In this document: in pieces, positions 56,594-62,209 of the stretch
How positions within the stretch are numbered: position 1 is the first letter of the stretch
How the letters are laid out: every line of letters starts with the position of its first letter
Virus record (IMG/VR): IMGVR_UViG_3300032245_001172
Coordinates: 1-62,209 of that record
From: a virus
Lineage: Duplodnaviria; Caudoviricetes
DNA: 62,209 bases
Reading direction: 5' to 3' (one strand)
Notes under the pieces: generated by a model
The model's input: the letters and a program-made list of their open reading frames with translations, nothing else
The model's database searches: none
What the model was told of the DNA's origin: nothing
Position numbers and translations under genes: made by a program

Positions 56594-56818
56594 TTATAAC
56601 TTGTATATTCTGCGTAATAATTTTTCATATTCACGTTTTTTTTCTTCTAAAAAAGTAATATGTATGATTATTGTTTTAAATTCCTCCATAAATTTATTAA
56701 ACACTTTTGAATCTTTGTGTTTTTTCCTAACAATCCACTTTTGAAGTAACATTTGATAATTTGTGAAATAATCAATTTCTTCTTGAATTTCATCAATAAT
56801 ACTTTGAATAACTACCAT
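56594..56818 (-). CDS. hypothetical protein
   Basis: Minus-strand operon. Confidence 0.6.
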   Translation of the reverse strand: MVVIQSIIDEIQEEIDYFTNYQMLLQKWIVRKKHKDSKVFNKFMEEFKTIIIHITFLEEKKREYEKLLRRIYKL

Positions 56819-56997
56819 TATAAACCAGATACACGAGATAAAAAATCAGTTAATTCTTTTTTCCAACTTGGCATTAGTAATTTTATGTAGTATTGAGTTT
56901 CTGTTTTTCTAAAAGCACAAACACCTTTGAATGAAGTTGAAGCTAAAGCATATTGCTCAAATGTAACTTCTATTTCTTTGTCATATTCTATTTCCAT
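56818..56997 (-). CDS. hypothetical protein
   Basis: Start reassigned to MEIEYDK. Confidence 0.6.
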   Translation of the reverse strand: MEIEYDKEIEVTFEQYALASTSFKGVCAFRKTETQYYIKLLMPSWKKELTDFLSRVSGL

Positions 56998-56998
56998 C

Positions 56999-57292
56999 TT
57001 ATTGCTTTTTAAGTTCTTGAATTTTATCGTATTCACTTTGTAGTAACCAACCATCTTGTGTATGTTCTAAACCAACCCAAATATATTCATTACCTTTTCT
57101 TTTTCTTTTGGATATACCTATAATTGGTGTTTCTACTCTAATGTCAATTAAATCTTTTACACTAATTGGTACTTTGCTACGTTCTTTTAGTTCTTGCATC
57201 ATCTGGTCAGCTTGAAGTCTTGTTTCTGCTTCCATTATGATAGGTTTATCATTTCCTATGAAGTAGTATTTATAAAATCGAATAGTATTCAT
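56999..57292 (-). CDS. hypothetical protein
   Basis: Minus-strand TATATTTG upstream near 57355. Confidence 0.65.
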   Translation of the reverse strand: MNTIRFYKYYFIGNDKPIIMEAETRLQADQMMQELKERSKVPISVKDLIDIRVETPIIGISKRKRKGNEYIWVGLEHTQDGWLLQSEYDKIQELKKQ

Positions 57293-57427
57293 AAATGAAA
57301 TAGATAATTTTTATAATGATTTCTAATAATTAGTTTTAAACAATACTATTATACAAATATAAATTATACTTTTGGAATTAATAACATCATTATCCATAGT
57401 AGTGTTTGTTGTTTAAGTTTCTTGGTA

Positions 57428-57458
57428 AGAGTGGGAGTAGTTACCCACTCTTTTTTTT
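57428..57458. terminator. hairpin / terminator
   Basis: AAGAGTGGG...CCCACTCTT with T run. Confidence 0.6.
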
Positions 57459-57468
57459 ATACAATATA

Positions 57469-57765
57469 TTAGTTAGGTAACATATCAAATTCATCAATAT
57501 CACTTATCAAAATTGCATTTCCAGAAATATAATCACTTGGAGAAATGGAATTGTTATCGTGAGCAATTTTAGTTGCTAATTCGTTAAAAGGCAAATCTTT
57601 AAATTTCCCTTCTTCATCAATTATTAGACAAGAATTGTTTTCTAAATGAATTATCTCCATTGGGGATTTATAAAAGTCTGAACATATTTTTGTTTTCAAA
57701 TCTCTAATCGATTTGATTTCAATAGTTTTCTTTTCGTTATCGGTTGTTATTAATACTGCTTTCAT
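57469..57765 (-). CDS. DUF3846-like protein
   Basis: IIDEEGK..DLP.N..AT...DYI.GNAIL. Confidence 0.7.
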   Translation of the reverse strand: MKAVLITTDNEKKTIEIKSIRDLKTKICSDFYKSPMEIIHLENNSCLIIDEEGKFKDLPFNELATKIAHDNNSISPSDYISGNAILISDIDEFDMLPN

Positions 57766-58181
57766 TTTACTAATTGCATTACATTAGGGTATTGTTTTTC
57801 TAATCTACCATATTCATTCCACGCTTGTATCATCTGCATCAAAGAAAATTCTAATCTTGAATCCATATTGCCTTTCTGAATTTTCTCTAAAAATTCTTTG
57901 TTAAATCCAGATTCAATTAAATAAGAATCATCATTGGCACTCCAGATAAAAGTTCTTAAAGCACTTGCAATAGAATTAGCAAATTCATCTTCATGTTTTT
58001 CAATCAATCTTGGTACTGCTTTTAACAATAGCACTCCAGAAAATATTGAATTATCTACTGGATTATCCATAATTTTCATAGATTCTTCTGCAAATTCTTT
58101 GTTAGTAGTAGGTAATCTCGAAAGTTGAGAAAAAACATCTAAAACCATTTCATTCATTAAGTCTTTTGAAATCCGTTTCAT
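57762..58181 (-). CDS. hypothetical protein
   Basis: ATGA-coupled ORF. Confidence 0.65.
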   Translation of the reverse strand: MKRISKDLMNEMVLDVFSQLSRLPTTNKEFAEESMKIMDNPVDNSIFSGVLLLKAVPRLIEKHEDEFANSIASALRTFIWSANDDSYLIESGFNKEFLEKIQKGNMDSRLEFSLMQMIQAWNEYGRLEKQYPNVMQLVK

Positions 58182-58471
58182 TTTCTTTTTAATTTATAAA
58201 TAAATGGCACACCTTCTTTTTGTACTTGTTTAATTGCAGAATAAATTTCTCGCATTTTTTCTCTACTATCAGCTACTGCAACTGAATTAAAATACCAATA
58301 GTATTCATCATTCAGTTTTAAACCAAACTTATAAAAATTTCCAGATGGAATTTTATTAAAGTCTTTAGTTTCATTTAGCACAATCATATCTATGCCTAAC
58401 TCTACAAATTTTACAAATCCGTAAGTTTTTTTCTTTTCCAGTTCAGTAAACGGAATTAATTTTAAGTTCAT
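58178..58471 (-). CDS. hypothetical protein
   Basis: Start reassigned to MNLKLIPF; promoter at 58491. Confidence 0.65.
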   Translation of the reverse strand: MNLKLIPFTELEKKKTYGFVKFVELGIDMIVLNETKDFNKIPSGNFYKFGLKLNDEYYWYFNSVAVADSREKMREIYSAIKQVQKEGVPFIYKLKRK

Positions 58472-58566
58472 TTTCTTGGTTTTATAATAGCAAATATAAT
58501 TAAAAAATATTATAAACAATAAAAATATTATAAAAAATTTAAGTTATTTTTTATAATAAGAAATAA

Positions 58567-59283
58567 TTAAATTAATTGTTTGTAAAACATTTGCTTTTCA
58601 TCGAAGTAATTGTGTACTATTGCTCGGTTTTCTGGGGTATCACGATAATAAATACAATCCGTTTTATAAGAATCAAAATCATTTCCTAAAATTTCAGATA
58701 GTTCATACATCATATAATAACAACTATATCTTATATCTTTGTAAACATCCAGCAACACTTCATCTTTTTTCCTTTTTATTTCTTGTTTTATTAAAACACC
58801 ATTCTCGTAAATATCATAAACACGTTCAGTTCCTAATGTAGATAATGTTGCTAATCGCAATGCTTTTGCTTTTTCAATTAATCCTCTTTCGTATGTTTTT
58901 TCTGAAATATATCCTTTTATATAAGCAATTCTCCAAAACGCATGATTTAAGTCTGTACCAGTAATTTTACCTTTTTCATGTTCGTAATTGTAGTTGTATT
59001 TTCCAACATCAACTAAAGGTGGTAAAATAACTTCTGGATTATCTTTCAAATAACGTTTTACATCATCCCTAACAATTTTAAACATATAAATCATATCTGG
59101 TGGAAAATTCTTTCTACCACAAGAAAATATAGTTAGTTTTTTATCAAAAATAAGTTCATTTACTTCTGTTCCCTTGCGAACAACAAAAGAACCTTTCCCA
59201 CGAATCAATCTATCTAAAAAGTTTTCAATTTTTCCAGTTGAGTAAGCTCTTTTGTTAATTTCTAAATTTTTTACTTCTTCCAT
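58567..59283 (-). CDS. minimal family-B polymerase-like protein
   Basis: TDLNHAFW, K..RL..L..LG and SYKTDCIYY resemble palm motifs A, B and C. Confidence 0.45.
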   Translation of the reverse strand: MEEVKNLEINKRAYSTGKIENFLDRLIRGKGSFVVRKGTEVNELIFDKKLTIFSCGRKNFPPDMIYMFKIVRDDVKRYLKDNPEVILPPLVDVGKYNYNYEHEKGKITGTDLNHAFWRIAYIKGYISEKTYERGLIEKAKALRLATLSTLGTERVYDIYENGVLIKQEIKRKKDEVLLDVYKDIRYSCYYMMYELSEILGNDFDSYKTDCIYYRDTPENRAIVHNYFDEKQMFYKQLI

Positions 59284-59297
59284 AGTAGTATAAAATA

Positions 59298-60167
59298 TTA
59301 AATCTCTCCTCCTTTTTCAAGTTTTTGTTTTAATTCTCTAACTGCACTTTCAAAAAACTCTTTCGATATAACTTTTGAATTATACAATTTTTCTAAATTT
59401 TTCAAAGTTTCTAAAGACAACTTTTTATCTTCTTCTTCTTTGCCTTCAACTTGTTTTGGTCTTTCTTTTTTTTCTGCTCTTTCTCTTAAACTTCTTTCTT
59501 TTCTAATTTCTTGAAGTTCTCGAAATCTTACATCTCTTTTTCTTTTAGCTTCCGAAGATAAATCACTTTCTCCAACGATTTTTAATGCTTCATCTTCATC
59601 TCCCTTAATATCATACGAAGAATTTAAAGTAGTTATCAATAAATAGTATGAACATGGCTTTCCATCATCTTTTTTGTTTGGAGCAATCATTGTTTTCATA
59701 ATCAACATTTCATCTGAACCGAAATTCTTTAAACGTAAATCTTCAACAATATCTTTTGGATTAAGTAAATCAGATTTTTTTATAATTCCAGTATCAATAA
59801 TGTTATCAAAAGCAACTCTAATTTTTAAGTTTGGGTCTAATGTTTGTACAAAATCTGCAAACAACCACCAATTCTTATCAATTAAATCAGATGTAGGAAT
59901 ATCAAATGGACTTGCACAAATTTCTCTAATAGGAGCTGGTATTTTAGCAAAATCAATTGGTTTTTTATCTAAAATAGAATTAATTACACCATCAACTTCT
60001 GTTACTTTGATTTTTGAAATTGGTCTGCCTTTATATAATTGAAATAAGTTTGCAGAAACCCACTTTTGAGCATCATTCCAACTAAAACCTAAATTTCTTT
60101 TTTTAGAAATTTTATAAATTCTTCTGGTAAGTAAGACAAAAATTTGTCTTGAATAGTTCTTTTTCAT
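59298..60167 (-). CDS. hypothetical protein with SHOCT-like C-terminus
   Basis: LKNLEKLYNSKVISKEFF; ends LEKGGEI. Confidence 0.65.
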   Translation of the reverse strand: MKKNYSRQIFVLLTRRIYKISKKRNLGFSWNDAQKWVSANLFQLYKGRPISKIKVTEVDGVINSILDKKPIDFAKIPAPIREICASPFDIPTSDLIDKNWWLFADFVQTLDPNLKIRVAFDNIIDTGIIKKSDLLNPKDIVEDLRLKNFGSDEMLIMKTMIAPNKKDDGKPCSYYLLITTLNSSYDIKGDEDEALKIVGESDLSSEAKRKRDVRFRELQEIRKERSLRERAEKKERPKQVEGKEEEDKKLSLETLKNLEKLYNSKVISKEFFESAVRELKQKLEKGGEI

Positions 60168-60452
60168 TTACGAATCTTGATATTTTTTATACTTTTTAAT
60201 TGTAGATAATGATAATCCAAAATGTTTACTTGCATCTGCTAAAGTACTTTCTTTACAATAATCTGCAATTTGAGATTTTATTTCTGAATCTACTGGAGCA
60301 ATTTTCATTCCAATATCAGTAAGTTCATTTTCTCTACAATGATAATTAATTGTTCCTCTGGAGCATATTAATTCTTTTTGTATTTCACGATATGATTTAC
60401 CTTGATTTCTCAAAGTTAAAATTTGAGTTTTTAAATTTCTTTTTATAGCCAT
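60168..60452 (-). CDS. HTH DNA-binding protein
   Basis: ILTLRNQGKSYREIQKELICSRGTINYH; second HTH; start after promoter motif. Confidence 0.75.
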   Translation of the reverse strand: MAIKRNLKTQILTLRNQGKSYREIQKELICSRGTINYHCRENELTDIGMKIAPVDSEIKSQIADYCKESTLADASKHFGLSLSTIKKYKKYQDS

Positions 60453-60466
60453 CTTTATGTTGTTTT

Positions 60467-60485
60467 GGTTACTGGTACAAATATA
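60467..60485 (-). promoter_or_regulatory. promoter motif TATATTTGTACCAGTAACC
   Basis: Exact copy of 386..404 on the minus strand. Confidence 0.7.
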
Positions 60486-60582
60486 GTAAATAGTTACAAA
60501 AAAAGTGCATTTAGCACTCTTTTTTTTTAATCTTTCACATGGTTTCATTTGAATAAACAAAGAGGAGTTACCATGCACAAAA

Positions 60583-60858
60583 TTATTTTAATATTCCTAC
60601 ACCTAAAGGTTTAAATTGAAATTCAATATTTGAATTAAATTTTGGCAAACCACCAAAAACTTGTGAATAATCCTTTGTAGAAACTGGAGTTGTTTCATCA
60701 ACTATTGTTTCTTCTACATCATCTTCTCCTAATTGAACATTGGTTTTGTCAATATTAAGACTTTTGTTTGATAAAGCATAGTAAACCATTGCTCCAACTA
60801 ATCCTAAACCAACTGCTAATCCAAAGTAACCTAATATTTTTTTATTTTCTGTTTTCAT
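60583..60858 (-). CDS. N-terminal TM protein
   Basis: ILGYFGLAVGLGLVGAMVYYAL. Confidence 0.7.
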   Translation of the reverse strand: MKTENKKILGYFGLAVGLGLVGAMVYYALSNKSLNIDKTNVQLGEDDVEETIVDETTPVSTKDYSQVFGGLPKFNSNIEFQFKPLGVGILK

Positions 60859-60870
60859 AATTTATATTTT

Positions 60871-61467
60871 TTACATTACACCTCTGTATAATCTTGCATT
60901 AACAAATCTACCTCTTGAATTTCCAGAAAAATTTAAAGAAGTTGTTGGATTAAAAATTGTACCATTGTTTCTAATAATAGGTGGAGTTGAATATTCTTCA
61001 CTTGTATTAGGTATAACTGGTTCTGAAATATAAACTTGTTTTGTAGGTATTGGTCTTGGTGTTCCTACTGATGGTTCAATAGGTTCTAAAACTGGAGTTG
61101 GAGTTGGAGTAGTTTTTATCGGTCTAATTCCACTTCCTAAAGCATCTTCAATTGATAATAATGGTGCAGTTGGAGTAACTGGAGTTGGAGTTGTAGTAAC
61201 ACCACCTTGTTGTACTGCGACTTCTGTTGGCACACCAGTACCAGCAGTTAAAACTGGTAAATCCATTCCAGATGGTAAGTTTAATCCATAAACTTGTTCT
61301 GGCTGACTTGAAGCTCCTCCACTTGAAGTTGCTCCAGTAGATGCTCCACCAATTGTTCCATTTCCACCAGCAAGACCTTGTAAATCTTTTGCTTTTTGAC
61401 TTCTTCTCCATAATAAATAGATGATGGTTGCTCCAGCACCTACTAATAATATGTCTTTTGTTTTCAT
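60871..61467 (-). CDS. N-terminal TM protein with Pro/Thr-rich tail
   Basis: MKTKDILLVGAG (compare 36635); TP repeats. Confidence 0.7.
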   Translation of the reverse strand: MKTKDILLVGAGATIIYLLWRRSQKAKDLQGLAGGNGTIGGASTGATSSGGASSQPEQVYGLNLPSGMDLPVLTAGTGVPTEVAVQQGGVTTTPTPVTPTAPLLSIEDALGSGIRPIKTTPTPTPVLEPIEPSVGTPRPIPTKQVYISEPVIPNTSEEYSTPPIIRNNGTIFNPTTSLNFSGNSRGRFVNARLYRGVM

Positions 61468-61569
61468 AATTAAATTTTTAAAAATATCGTAAAAATACAC
61501 ATTATGAATAAATTATATTATATGGAATATAAAAATAATCTGAATAAATGTTTAATACAAAAAATCAAA

Positions 61570-61818
61570 TTACATTAATTGAATTAATAACTTACTTACA
61601 ATCAATCCAACTAATGAACCAACACCAGCACCAAATGAATAATACATCCTATCTCTAAAACTACCAAAAGCAACTCTTTTAACATTCCAAGACCATATCA
61701 AAGATATAATCCATCCACATAAAAATACACCAATGTAAAATTCTTGAAATATAAAGTAAGTATTTATTGCAACGAAAAATACTTGTAAAAAACCAGTTAT
61801 AAATAATTTAAAATTCAT
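61570..61818 (-). CDS. small multi-TM protein
   Basis: Three hydrophobic segments. Confidence 0.7.
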   Translation of the reverse strand: MNFKLFITGFLQVFFVAINTYFIFQEFYIGVFLCGWIISLIWSWNVKRVAFGSFRDRMYYSFGAGVGSLVGLIVSKLLIQLM

Positions 61819-61909
61819 GTTTTATTTTTTTATTGTTTGTAATATATCCTACCAGAATAAATTTTCCGTAGCACCATTTGTAATATGGTATCTTTTCTTC
61901 TTGCATAAT

Positions 61910-62095
61910 TTATTTATTTTTAAATTCAATATAATCAAGTACTTCTTTTATAGAAACTGCCACTTCATATTCTTCATCATCTATTGCTTGTTGCCTTAAT
62001 TCTAAAATTTCATCTTTTGATATTTTTCCAGTTTTATATCCCTCTAATAAAGTTTCGGTATTTTCTTTAATTGCTTCAAGTGTTTTTTGTTTCAT
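61910..62095 (-). CDS. hypothetical protein, UVR-like tail
   Basis: AIDDEEYEVA..IK. Confidence 0.55.
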   Translation of the reverse strand: MKQKTLEAIKENTETLLEGYKTGKISKDEILELRQQAIDDEEYEVAVSIKEVLDYIEFKNK

Positions 62096-62209
62096 ATCTT
62101 ATTTGTTTTTAAATTTTTGTAAAGTTTCTTTTAGTAAATCCATTTGTTCAATATTAGTGTTTCCAAACTTATATTGCATAATCATAGTTTGAGTGAAATT
62201 TAAAACTTC

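Noticed and set aside
3002-61999. Other opposite-strand ORFs nested in long genes (e.g. 3002, 16766, 23318, 30692, 36354, 59674, 61148)
   Set aside because: Overlap better-supported genes and show no recognisable motifs
1-62209. Eukaryotic giant virus, or an alternative genetic code
   Set aside because: Bacteroidota promoters, operonic overlaps, peptidoglycan hydrolases and IS1595 indicate a bacterial host; ORFs tile densely under the standard code
1-62209. tRNA or rRNA genes
   Set aside because: No cloverleaf or rRNA-like GC-rich segment noticed in the few intergenic gaps; tRNAscan-SE would be decisive

Overview
A strongly AT-rich, gene-dense 62-kb stretch of a Bacteroidota (Flavobacterium-like) virus genome; host inferred from TAnnTTTG -7 promoters, endolysins and an IS1595. 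Layout: an iteron-like region (1-420); small early ORFs, replication genes and a glycosyltransferase cluster (0.4-11.8 kb); an array of anti-defence-like genes, each led by the same 39-bp repeat and interrupted by a passenger-carrying IS1595 (11.8-15.7 kb); large modular proteins punctuated by [FYML]xxGG motifs and carrying ArdA, ART-PolyVal-like and beta-clamp-like modules, plus a MoxR-like AAA+/VWA pair (16-30 kb); a structural/lysis region with about 40 small single-TM proteins, an A32/P9-type (FtsK-HerA) packaging ATPase and a beta-rich capsid candidate with a paralogue (32-56.5 kb); and a convergent minus-strand arm with a minimal PolB-like ORF. I recognised no terminase, portal, HK97 capsid or tail-tube gene in the window. 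Best interpretation (inference): an unusually large, tailless, internal-membrane virus that may process GG-delimited polyproteins. All family calls come from motif recognition by eye, not database searches.
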